From the NCBI GenBank assembly GCA_965248105.1, contig CBDFIK010000005.1, positions 648,683-712,682 of the forward strand: a stretch of DNA of 64,000 bases. The letters are read 5' to 3'. This document shows, piece by piece, positions 26,483 through 34,818 of the stretch (positions are counted from its first letter, which is position 1; each line of letters begins with the position of its first letter). The position numbers and the translations under genes are program-made. Source of the DNA: Bryobacterales bacterium (GTDB lineage: Bacteria; Acidobacteriota; Terriglobia; Bryobacterales; UBA6623). The notes below the pieces were generated by a model. The model had not been told where the DNA came from. It saw nothing but the letters and a program-made list of their open reading frames with translations, and made no database searches.

Positions 26483-27150
26483 CAGGCCTGGGCCGCCGTT
26501 TTGCCCAGACCTGCGGCCTTTCCCTGCCAGGGTGCTGTCGGTCCGACTCCCATGTGCCGGTCACATGTGGCCTAAGCTTTTGTTTTCAGTAACTTATGGG
26601 GCCTTGTCCAGGGAGGTCCCACCCACCCGCGATAGAATAGACGCAGGAGGCTGTGCCAAAAAGGTAGGTAAAAATGGCTGCGGGAGCCACATAAAGGGGA
26701 CGAGGCGGTGGATTATGTTGTTCGGCAGGGGCGTCTTCCGGCGGTGTGTGAAAACCCGAACCGTTGGGCCGGCTACCTTCGCCGCGAACCACACAACCGG
26801 GCAGGCAACAACCGGACGGAGCCGTGCCCGTCAGGGCGCGGGCCCCGCGGGCGAGAACCGGACTGATTCACGCCGACCGGGCGCCCGCACGCAGGCTCAC
26901 GCCCGCATCTCTGTGCTGTTGTGTTCATTAAGCTGACTATCGAGGCCGAACCGTTGGGCCACCCTGCCCATGGCTTTTTTCGCCTGCGGAACCGGCTGAT
27001 TCAGGGAAATTACTAAACAAAGCCAATTGATATATAAGTCAATGTATTGCAACGACTTATCCTATATTCCTGCGGCGAAGAAAAGGCGTCGTTCAGAGGC
27101 AAACGAGCCCAATGATTACCTACTCGTGAGGTGTGCGAGTTAACTGCGCC
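26483..27150 (+). repeat. Long composite non-coding repeat, copy D1 (paralogue of 59411-60250)
   Basis: Shared blocks with D2: 26483-26520 vs 59411-59450; 26522-26657 vs 59511-59648 (114 nt align without indels); 26780-26845 vs 60006-60070; 26900-26959 vs 59935-59995; 26961-27150 vs 60071-60250, including the AT-rich AAATTACYAAACAAAGCCAATT...TATTGCAA block. Block order differs between the copies. Confidence 0.7.
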
Positions 27151-27163
27151 GCCCAGTGCAGGC

Positions 27164-27234
27164 GGGCACAGCATGCTGTGCCCCTACAGATCTGTTGGGT
27201 GCCTGGAATTGTAGGGGCACGGCATGCCGTGCCC
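27164..27234. repeat. Family A composite double-hairpin element
   Basis: GGGCACAGCATGCTGTGCCC-CTACAGATCTGTTGGGTGCCTGGAATTGTAG-GGGCACGGCATGCCGTGCCC. The two arms, including CCCCTACA/TGTAGGGG, are also mutually inverted. Confidence 0.85.
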
Positions 27235-27237
27235 GAA

Positions 27238-27416
27238 GTTCCCGATCGACCACTTGGCTTCCAAGTAATGGACTACTAAGCTTAGGTGCGTCCGTCCGGC
27301 CGGGAGATCCCACACTCCAGAGCGAAGAGGCCAACGCCCCGCCTCCTTGCGTTTCGGCCAGGCAACGACCGGACCGACCTTTCGCCGCACTGCCCAGAAC
27401 CTGCCGCCATCGCGAG
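27238..27416 (+). repeat. Second copy of the 59-nt tail of the family A element, split by a ~114-nt insertion flanked by CGACC
   Basis: The intact copy at 26408-26466 is GTTCCCGATCGACCGGACCGACCTTTCGCCGCACTGCCCAGAAGCTGCCGCCATCGCGA. Here GTTCCCGATCGACC (27238-27251) and GGACCGACCTTTCGCC...ATCGCGA (27371-27416) are separated by an insert that ends in a duplicated CGACC. Confidence 0.6.
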
Positions 27417-27624
27417 CAGCACGCGAACGCCAACGAGGGTCCGGTTCCCGGTACCGCGAACGTTCTCGGCCCCGCCGCTTGCGCTCCGGATCTTGAGGCT
27501 CACCCGGGTCCATCAGGCGCGCGGGAGCGGGCGCCTTGATCCCTGCCACAACTGTTCACGGACCGGGTTCTCTCCGGCGTTGGAGATGCTCGCCCGCGGT
27601 CGATATGAAGGACGAGCAACAGCC

Positions 27625-27879
27625 ATGATCAACCTGACCCGGCTCAACGGCGCTGAGATCGTGGTCAACGCCAACGTCTTGGAGTCTCTCGAGGCCACTC
27701 CGGATACCGTTCTGTCGTTGACCAGCGGCCAGAAGCTTGTTGTTCGAGAAACGATCAGCGAGGTCGTCGAGAAGGTCATTCGCTACCAACGGCGGGTTCA
27801 CACGTCGCCGCCAGTGACGCCTCGCGAGCCGGCTCACCCTCCCGCTGAGGCTGGGCCGCCCCCCCAGGGCAAGCTATGA
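27625..27879 (+). CDS. flbD: Flagellar protein FlbD
   Basis: MINLTRLNGAEIVVNANVLESLEATPDTVLSLTSGQKLVVRETISEVVEKV matches the FlbD family pattern. ATG at 27625. A 4-nt overlap links it to motA. The ORF-track N-extension from 27286 is repeat DNA. Confidence 0.8.
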   Translation: MINLTRLNGAEIVVNANVLESLEATPDTVLSLTSGQKLVVRETISEVVEKVIRYQRRVHTSPPVTPREPAHPPAEAGPPPQGKL

Positions 27880-28682
27880 GAATCGACGCGGGAACGTTAT
27901 TGGGCATCGTGCTCGCGGCGGGCGGCATATGGTGGGGCTTGGTGCTCGAAGGCGGATCCCTCTATGAGATCCTGCAGCCCACGGCTGCCCTGATCGTTTT
28001 CGGCGGGACCTTGGGGGCAACCCTGATTTCCGTACCCTTCCCCACCGTGTTAGGAGCCGGCCGGCAGGTGGTTGTGATCTTTTCTCAACCGAAGCACGAC
28101 CTCAACGCCAAGACCGAGCAGATTGTGTTGCTGGCGAATAAGGCCCGCCGCGCCGGCATCGTGTCGCTAGAGAAACAATTGCAAGAGATTTCGGATCCTT
28201 TCTTGTGCAAGGCGATCACGTTGGCTGTTGATGGGACCGAACCCAGTGACATCCGCCACATCATGGAAAAGGAGATCGATCAGGAGTTCGGACGCCGCGA
28301 AGCCGAGGCTCGGGTCTTTGAAACCGCCGGTGGCTATGCGCCGACGATTGGCATCATCGGCGCGGTCATGGGGCTGATTCAAGTCATGAAGCATCTCGCC
28401 GACATCGATGAAGTGGCCAAGTGGATTGCCGTGGCTTTCGTGGCGACAATTTACGGAGTCGGCGTGGCCAACCTCGTTCTTCTGCCCGGCGCCAAGAAAA
28501 TCATCAGCCGCGCACAAGAAGCGGCAACGTCGAAAGAGCTCACGCTGGAAGGTGTGATCGCCTTGTCCGAAGGGCTCAACCCGCGATTGATCCGCAACAA
28601 ACTTTCGGCCTTTTTGGAGACAAGAGACGAGGCGCCGCCCGAAGCCTCTGGGGCTGCTTCGCCTGCTGTGGCCAGACGTTGA
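27876..28682 (+). CDS. motA: Flagellar stator protein MotA
   Basis: 268 aa, 4 TM helices, MotA/TolQ/ExbB channel signature (YAPTIGIIGAVMGLIQVM...AFVATIYGVGVANLVLLP). Confidence 0.9.
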   Translation: MRIDAGTLLGIVLAAGGIWWGLVLEGGSLYEILQPTAALIVFGGTLGATLISVPFPTVLGAGRQVVVIFSQPKHDLNAKTEQIVLLANKARRAGIVSLEKQLQEISDPFLCKAITLAVDGTEPSDIRHIMEKEIDQEFGRREAEARVFETAGGYAPTIGIIGAVMGLIQVMKHLADIDEVAKWIAVAFVATIYGVGVANLVLLPGAKKIISRAQEAATSKELTLEGVIALSEGLNPRLIRNKLSAFLETRDEAPPEASGAASPAVARR

Positions 28683-28683
28683 A

Positions 28684-29532
28684 ATGCGTTCAAAAAGACA
28701 GCCCGAAGAAAACCAGGATCGCTGGCTGCTATCCTATGCCGACTTCGTCACGTTGCTGTTTGCCTTTTTTGTGGTTATGTTTGCCACCTCGCAAGTCAAC
28801 AAGAAGCGCATGGCAAATATGGCCGCGGCCTACTCTTCTTATCTCGGTGGTGAAGAGTCGACTGAGCGGGGCCTGGCTGCTGATAGCGCGCTGATGGATG
28901 CCCCCGCGGACGGCGTTGGCCATACTCCCGGCAATCATAGCCTCCGTGAGAGGCTGACGCGAGCTGAAATGATACCGATCAAGAAACGCGTGGAGAAGAG
29001 GTTGGCCGCGTTGATGGCCGGTGACAAGGTCGCGGTCCGCCTGCTGCCCCGCGGTTTGGTTCTCAGCCTTCGCGAGGCGGCGTTTTTCGATACCGGCCAA
29101 GACACGTTTCGGACCGGAGCCAAGCCTCTGCTACATGAAGTCGGCCAAGCGATGCAAGAGATCACCTACCAACCCATCCGGCTGGAAGGACACACCGACA
29201 ACGTTCCCATACTGACCAAGGATTTCTCTTCCAACTGGGACCTCTCGACGGCTAGAGCGATCCAAGTAATGAACGCACTCAAAGACGAGTTTGGCCTCTC
29301 CCCCGAGAGGATCTCCGTGACCGGGTATGGAGCAGTTCGTCCTATTGCCGACAATCGTACGCCCGAAGGACGCGCGGCTAATCGTCGAGTGGATATCGTC
29401 ATTTTGAGCCAGTCGGCGGCGGCCATGGCGCCCCGCCAACGATTGAGAGATGTCGAGCCGCGAGCGGGGTCGGCTGCAAGGGTCGCGGTCGCATCCGTCG
29501 AATCTTCTTCCCAAGCCAACGCAAGCCCCTGA
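28684..29532 (+). CDS. motB: Flagellar stator protein MotB (OmpA-like C-terminal domain)
   Basis: DRWLLSYADFVTLLFAFFVVMFA plug/TM with the conserved Asp. C-terminal OmpA motif (GHTDNVP...NWDLSTARA...GYG...P...N.T.EGRAANRRVDIVI). Confidence 0.9.
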   Translation: MRSKRQPEENQDRWLLSYADFVTLLFAFFVVMFATSQVNKKRMANMAAAYSSYLGGEESTERGLAADSALMDAPADGVGHTPGNHSLRERLTRAEMIPIKKRVEKRLAALMAGDKVAVRLLPRGLVLSLREAAFFDTGQDTFRTGAKPLLHEVGQAMQEITYQPIRLEGHTDNVPILTKDFSSNWDLSTARAIQVMNALKDEFGLSPERISVTGYGAVRPIADNRTPEGRAANRRVDIVILSQSAAAMAPRQRLRDVEPRAGSAARVAVASVESSSQANASP

Positions 29533-29983
29533 CGCTCGCAGGGGCGCTTTAGGTCCCGCCCAGGGCTCGGTGGCTCTGGTTTCGGCACCAAGCAGCCCGC
29601 TTTTTTCGCCACGATTCGTAGGCGGGCCCACGCCCGCCTTGGGCACTCGCATCAAGGCTTTGCCTCTAAGACCAGTCGGCCGCCATCTGGCAAGTGTCAT
29701 AACCCTTTTTGCTCTCAGTCAGCTAGGTCCTGACGGTTATAGACAGCCGTCCACCTGGCGACAGATGCATGAGGGTGCCGGAAAGACCGATTGATTGTTT
29801 GAGTTCGCAAGATATGGGGTCGCGCGTCGTAGCGCGGTCCCACGGCACTGCCAAGAACCTTGTGGGTTGCCGTCTGTCTTGCGCATAGCTCAAGTCCAGG
29901 AGAGTGGCAGCGAAGCGGCCCCATAACACGATCTCTCCTTCCGCGCTGGGCCTGTCTTGCCCAATCCATCTGTCTGCGATCAA

Positions 29984-31375
29984 ATGACGGAACGAATCAA
30001 GGCCGTTCACATCGGGATCGGATCGGCCGCCGAGGAATCTTTGGTAAACGTGCAGGGACGCGAGTGGAATATCCAAGGGGCGGGATCTTGGTGGGAGTGT
30101 CTCAAGCAGCTTGCTGACGAGGAACAAGACGTCTTGGTCACAGGCACGGAGTTGGAAGGAATCTCCGTCGACAGGCTGATCGAAGAGGTACTGCGCCTCC
30201 GTCCGAGTCTAACAGTGGTGGTGCTGGCGCAACAGCCGGATTATTCCGAGGCCGCTCGATTAGCTCGCCTTGGCGCCGGCGACTATTTGCCGGCGACACC
30301 AGAGACTCACTTCTCGGCGGACGAAATCGTAGGCGGAATCAGACGCGCCCACGAGAACAACCCCTGGCGGACGTCCCGGGCACTACAGGAGACCTCTGGA
30401 GCTACGCCTGAGCTCGTCGGCCAGAGCAGTGCTATCCGTGGCGTCAGTCGGTTGATCAAACTTATCGCGCCGCGACAGTCAACGGTGTTAATCACCGGTC
30501 GCACGGGCACGGGCAAAGAACTCGTCGCGCGGGCCATTCATGCGGCCTCACCAAGGGCAGCTCATCCACTGGTAGTAGTCAACTGCGGCGCCATCCCTGA
30601 ACACCTGATTGAGGCGGAGTTGTTTGGTCACGTCAAAGGTGCCTTCACCGGAGCCATCGGTCATCGGGTGGGACGTTTCGAGCAGGCGCACCGAGGCGTT
30701 ATTTTCCTTGACGAAATCGGCGAAATGCCGCTTGAGATGCAGAGCAAGCAGCTTCGCGTGCTGCAGGAGCGCGAGTTCCAACGGGTGGGTAGCTCGGAAA
30801 CGATTAAGGTCGATATTCGAGTCGTCGCGGCAACGAATTGCGACCTGAAAGAACTGGTTCAACAGGGGAAGTTCCGCGAAGACCTCTACTACCGACTAAA
30901 TGTGGTTCCCCTATCTTTGCCGAGCCTGGCGGAGCGGATTGAAGACTTGCCGTCGCTTGTGCAGCACTTGCTGACGAAGATTTGCCGCCAAGAAGGCTTG
31001 TCCCTTATGCGCATGGTACCCGAGACCGTAGTTCGGTTGATGGAATATCACTGGCCGGGCAACGTGCGGCAGCTCGAAAATGCGATCGAGAAGGCGGTTG
31101 CCTTAAGCGGAGATCGCGAAATCCTCTATCCCAGCGACTTCCCCCTTCCGCCTCTCACTGCCGGCACGGCGCCTTCGGTAGCGCCGGACGTGCGGCTGCC
31201 TACCGAGGGGCTCGATCTCGACTCCGTGGTCGGTGGTTTCGAGCGCAGTCTGCTCGAACAGGCCCTGGAGCGAACCGGTGGCAACAAAAAACGGGCGGCT
31301 GAGCTGTTGAGAATCAAACGCACGACCTTTGCGGCCAAGTTGCGAGCGTCGAGCCAAGCCCGCTCCGGGGAATGA
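29984..31375 (+). CDS. Sigma54-dependent transcriptional activator (FleQ/FlrA-like) with degenerate receiver domain
   Basis: AAA+ core: Walker A ITGRTGTGKE, EAELFGHVKGAFTGA (GAFTGA loop), C-terminal Fis-type HTH GNKKRAAELLRIKRTTFAAKLR. The N-terminal receiver-like fold lacks the acidic pocket, the phospho-Asp and the Lys. ATG 29984 is preferred over TTG 29957. Confidence 0.85.
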   Translation: MTERIKAVHIGIGSAAEESLVNVQGREWNIQGAGSWWECLKQLADEEQDVLVTGTELEGISVDRLIEEVLRLRPSLTVVVLAQQPDYSEAARLARLGAGDYLPATPETHFSADEIVGGIRRAHENNPWRTSRALQETSGATPELVGQSSAIRGVSRLIKLIAPRQSTVLITGRTGTGKELVARAIHAASPRAAHPLVVVNCGAIPEHLIEAELFGHVKGAFTGAIGHRVGRFEQAHRGVIFLDEIGEMPLEMQSKQLRVLQEREFQRVGSSETIKVDIRVVAATNCDLKELVQQGKFREDLYYRLNVVPLSLPSLAERIEDLPSLVQHLLTKICRQEGLSLMRMVPETVVRLMEYHWPGNVRQLENAIEKAVALSGDREILYPSDFPLPPLTAGTAPSVAPDVRLPTEGLDLDSVVGGFERSLLEQALERTGGNKKRAAELLRIKRTTFAAKLRASSQARSGE

Positions 31376-31513
31376 GCGGCTGTGAAGTTCCCCGGCTCGG
31401 CTGAGCGACAAGATTCCGGGTGCTGACAACGGTTTGTCGCTTGGCGGTCAGCGGTTCTCTGATTCTAAAGGGCTGCCTTTTGGTCCCTGCCATGCAAGCA
31501 AGTCCAGAAAGAC

Positions 31514-31870
31514 ATGCTGCTCGGTTCACAAGCTTTGCTGATCGCCCGATACATGGACTTGCTATCGCTGCGACAGAAGTTGACCGCGACCAACATTGCA
31601 AACGCTGATACCCCGGGTTATCTGGCTCGGGATATCGATTTTGGCGAAGAGATGGCACGAGCCCTCGAGCAGTCTCCCGAAGGGGTTGCTTCGCCGCTGA
31701 TCGTCCGGCAGGTCGAAGGTCTAGCGATCAAGAACGATGGCAATAACGTTAGCCTCGACCGCGAATTGCGAGTGTTAGGGGAAACGGGTATCCGTTACTC
31801 GCTCGCCTCCTTGATGCTCCGGAACAACATCCAATCGGTTCGTTCGGCGATACGAGAAGGCCAGACGTAA
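31514..31870 (+). CDS. flgB: Flagellar basal-body rod protein FlgB
   Basis: LRQKLTATNIANADTPGYLARDIDF motif. Length and N-terminal spacing are like E. coli FlgB. Confidence 0.85.
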   Translation: MLLGSQALLIARYMDLLSLRQKLTATNIANADTPGYLARDIDFGEEMARALEQSPEGVASPLIVRQVEGLAIKNDGNNVSLDRELRVLGETGIRYSLASLMLRNNIQSVRSAIREGQT

Positions 31871-31892
31871 CGTAACAATCATCTAGCCACCT

Positions 31893-32354
31893 ATGAGTCT
31901 GTTTTCTATCTTGGATGTCAGTGCTTCGGCGCTCGCGGCTCAGCGCATGAGGGTCGAAGTGCTGGCGCAAAACATCGCCAACGCCGAAACAACACGGACG
32001 CCCGAAGGGGGGCCGTACCGGCGACGTCACGTGGTTTTCAAAGCCGAGCCGCAGCCCTTGTCTGGCTTTCAGGCGGTCTTGGCGCGTGTGCAGTCCCCGT
32101 CGGGATCGTCCGTTCCCCCCGACGTCCAGGGCGTCCGCGTTTCGGAGGTGAGTGTCGATAATACGCCCCCGGAAAGGCGTTATCTGCCGAGCCATCCCGA
32201 CGCCAACGCGGAAGGGTATGTCGACTTTCCGCCCTTTAATCCCGTGGAAGATATGGTCGACCTGACGGCGGGCGTGCGTTCCTATCAGGCCAACTTGGCG
32301 GTGGTGTCGGCGGTCAGAGAAATGATCACTCGAACGATTGAGATTGCCCGCTAG
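31893..32354 (+). CDS. flgC: Flagellar basal-body rod protein FlgC
   Basis: MSLFSILDVSASALAAQRMRVEVLAQNIANAETTRTPEGGPYRRR... and C-terminal YQANLAVVSAVREMITRTIEI. Confidence 0.9.
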   Translation: MSLFSILDVSASALAAQRMRVEVLAQNIANAETTRTPEGGPYRRRHVVFKAEPQPLSGFQAVLARVQSPSGSSVPPDVQGVRVSEVSVDNTPPERRYLPSHPDANAEGYVDFPPFNPVEDMVDLTAGVRSYQANLAVVSAVREMITRTIEIAR

Positions 32355-32480
32355 CTCTCTAGTTCCCCATGGCGGCGCCCCCCCCGGACAACAGGCAGCT
32401 CACAAGACGGGCGAGTCGGGCAGTGATTCGACTGGCCGAAACGAACGTGCGACACCCAAAATTTTCGGAGGACACGAGCG

Positions 32481-32777
32481 ATGGACCCAGTTGCATTAAG
32501 CAAGATTGCGCTACCCGAAATGATCTCCCGCGGCGAGCAAGCTCACGCCGGCGATGCTACCTCGTTTGCGAACATGCTGGGCGAGGCGCTTGAGCGGGTG
32601 AAACAGCTCGGCGACGAAGCCGACCAGGAAGTGAAACGGCTGATGGCCGGCGAGCCGGTCGAGCTGCATCGAGTCATCATGGCCGGCCAGCAAGCCGGCC
32701 TGGCCTTCGAGTTGATGATGAGCGTTCGTAACAAAGTCGTGGAAGCCTATCGGGAGGTTATGCGCATGCAAGTCTAG
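32481..32777 (+). CDS. fliE: Flagellar hook-basal body complex protein FliE
   Basis: 98 aa. SFANMLGEALERV...ELHRVIMAGQQAGLAFELMMSVRNKVVEAYREVMRMQV. Confidence 0.85.
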   Translation: MDPVALSKIALPEMISRGEQAHAGDATSFANMLGEALERVKQLGDEADQEVKRLMAGEPVELHRVIMAGQQAGLAFELMMSVRNKVVEAYREVMRMQV

Positions 32778-33156
32778 CGGCTTGCCGGAAACCGCGGGAG
32801 GACAGTTCTCGCCCGTCTTGCCCATGAGCCGGATCATGACTGCTTTGGCCGGCGCCGGATCAGTTTTTCCGAACAAGTTGCATCCTGCCTGTTAGGGATG
32901 GGACGCTCGCACAAACTTTCGGGAACTTACCCCTATAAATCCAGGGCTGCGATGTGGCGCGGAAGAAGTTCTTGTATATCTTGCTCTGTCGATCGAGATT
33001 CGTGATGAGTGTCATCCTGTGCCGCGCCGCTCGCCAAACAAGCCGGGAGGCTCTCGAAGTTCTCACTCACGTCGCTGGGAGAAGGCGGTCAAAGCCGGGC
33101 TCGGCGGCGCACTGCCGGCAGCAGGGCAGTAAGGGAATTCGCACCACAAGACGGTA

Positions 33157-34818
33157 ATGGGGAACCTGGTTCTCGCGATTGCGAATCTTAGCAAGCAGGT
33201 CGCCGGGCTGTTTCAGGGTTTTACCTTGCAACGGAAGATCGCCCTGCTGGTTCTGGGAGCGCTCGTCTTCGGGGGCATCTCAGCGTTTCGCTGGGTCATG
33301 CTGGAGTGGGCCTTTCGGCCCCTGTATACGGATCTGAGCCAGGAGGAAGCCGGAGCCGCCGTGGCGCGGCTCAAGGAGCTGCAGGTTCCCTACAAACTGG
33401 CCGCCGGGGGCCAAACGATTCTCGTGCCGGAACCCAAGCTGGCGGAGGTGCGGCTCCAGCTAGCCTCCGACGGATTGCCGCGACAGGGACGCCTCGGTTT
33501 TGAGCTGTTTGACGAGTCCAGTTTCGGGGCCACGGAATTTGCCGAGCACGTCAATTTCCGGCGGGCCTTGGAAGGCGAGCTCGAGCGGTCCGTTCTCTCC
33601 TTGGCCGAAGTCGAGCGGGCGCGGGTGCACATCAGTCTCCCCCAAAAGTCTGTTTTCCTCAACCGAGAGCAGCCCGCCAAAGCATCGGTCGTACTTCAGC
33701 TGCGACGCGGCGCCGGGCTGGGTCGGGAGAAGGTCGAGGCGATCGGGTTTCTGGTGTCCAGCGCTGTGGAGGGGCTCGATCCCCAGCGAGTCGTTATCGT
33801 CGACACGGCAGGTACCGTGCTGGCGCGGCCCCGTCCTGAAGGCGAGGGCTTCACGGATGAACAGCTCGAGTACCAAAGGAAGATCGAGAGGCGAATCCAA
33901 AACAACATCGTGGCCACGCTGGAGCCCTATGTCGGTTTCGACAAGGTTCGAGTGGCCGTGGCCGCTGAATGTGATTGGAAGGGTGGCGAAGAAACGAAAG
34001 AAGTCCTGGATCCAAACACGATCGTCATAACAACGCAAAAATCGGAAGACACGACGCAGCCGATCCAGGAAAGCGGCGTGCCCGGAACAGCCTCCAACTT
34101 GCCGCGCCAGCCGGCCCAGCCAAGAACCGGAGCGGTAGCTTCGTCGCGGAAAGTCGAGACGACTAATTTCCAGACAAGCCGCACCGTCACCCGCACGGAC
34201 CTCGAACGCGGGGAGGTCCAGCGTTTGTCCGTAGCCGTCCTAGTCGATCACATCGTCGAACTTGACGAGGAAGCCGGCAAGTTGATCCGAAAGCCTCGGA
34301 CCCCAGAGGAGATGGACATTTTTCGACAGCTGGTGGTCGCCGCTGCGGGCATACGCGAAGAGCGCGGCGACGTGCTGACAATCCAAGCGCTGCCCTTCAC
34401 GATCTTTGAAGAGCCTCCCGTGCCTCCTCCGCCCCCCGCTCCACCCGAGGAGGAACTTTTCTCGTCAGAGTGGTTCAAAAAGTTCCGATATTACCTTATA
34501 GCGGGAGCTTCCGTCATTCTGGTCGTGATGATCTCCGGCTGGCTCCTGGTCCGCCTCAAGAGAAAAGTGGCCACGATCAAAGCCGAAGCCGAGGCGCGGC
34601 GCGCGGCGGCAGAAGCGCAGCGTGAGATTGAAGCGGCCGAGCAAGAAGCTCGCCAGAGCGAAGCCGAGGAGGCCCGCATGCTCAAGGGACTGAGGCTGGC
34701 GACGCTCCAGAGCTCGAAAGCCCAGGTCCTCAAGAAGCACCTCGAAGAGACGGCCGCCAAGGACCCCGAAGCCTTCGTCCAACTACTGCGCAGCTGGATT
34801 CACGAAGATGATAAGTAA
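33157..34818 (+). CDS. fliF: Flagellar M-ring protein FliF
   Basis: 553 aa. N-terminal TM, YscJ/FliF ring domain (YTDLSQEEAGAAVARLKELQVPYKL...GGQTILVPE), second TM near the C-terminus, charged tail. Confidence 0.9.
   Translation: MGNLVLAIANLSKQVAGLFQGFTLQRKIALLVLGALVFGGISAFRWVMLEWAFRPLYTDLSQEEAGAAVARLKELQVPYKLAAGGQTILVPEPKLAEVRLQLASDGLPRQGRLGFELFDESSFGATEFAEHVNFRRALEGELERSVLSLAEVERARVHISLPQKSVFLNREQPAKASVVLQLRRGAGLGREKVEAIGFLVSSAVEGLDPQRVVIVDTAGTVLARPRPEGEGFTDEQLEYQRKIERRIQNNIVATLEPYVGFDKVRVAVAAECDWKGGEETKEVLDPNTIVITTQKSEDTTQPIQESGVPGTASNLPRQPAQPRTGAVASSRKVETTNFQTSRTVTRTDLERGEVQRLSVAVLVDHIVELDEEAGKLIRKPRTPEEMDIFRQLVVAAAGIREERGDVLTIQALPFTIFEEPPVPPPPPAPPEEELFSSEWFKKFRYYLIAGASVILVVMISGWLLVRLKRKVATIKAEAEARRAAAEAQREIEAAEQEARQSEAEEARMLKGLRLATLQSSKAQVLKKHLEETAAKDPEAFVQLLRSWIHEDDK

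Noticed and set aside
27286-27624. N-terminal 113-codon extension of flbD in the ORF track (and the analogous extension of fliI at 36347-36547)
   Set aside because: The flbD extension is translated repeat DNA, and FlbD homology starts at ATG 27625. The fliI extension overlaps fliH in another frame, and GTG 36548 fits the FliI N-terminus.
31481-31496. Sigma54-type promoter TGGTCCCTGCCATGCA (GG-N10-GC) upstream of flgB
   Set aside because: The spacing and the GG/GC dinucleotides fit, and a sigma54 activator is encoded just upstream. However, the -12 element ends only 18 nt before the flgB ATG (31514), which leaves essentially no leader or ribosome-binding site. Without transcription-start data I cannot support it.
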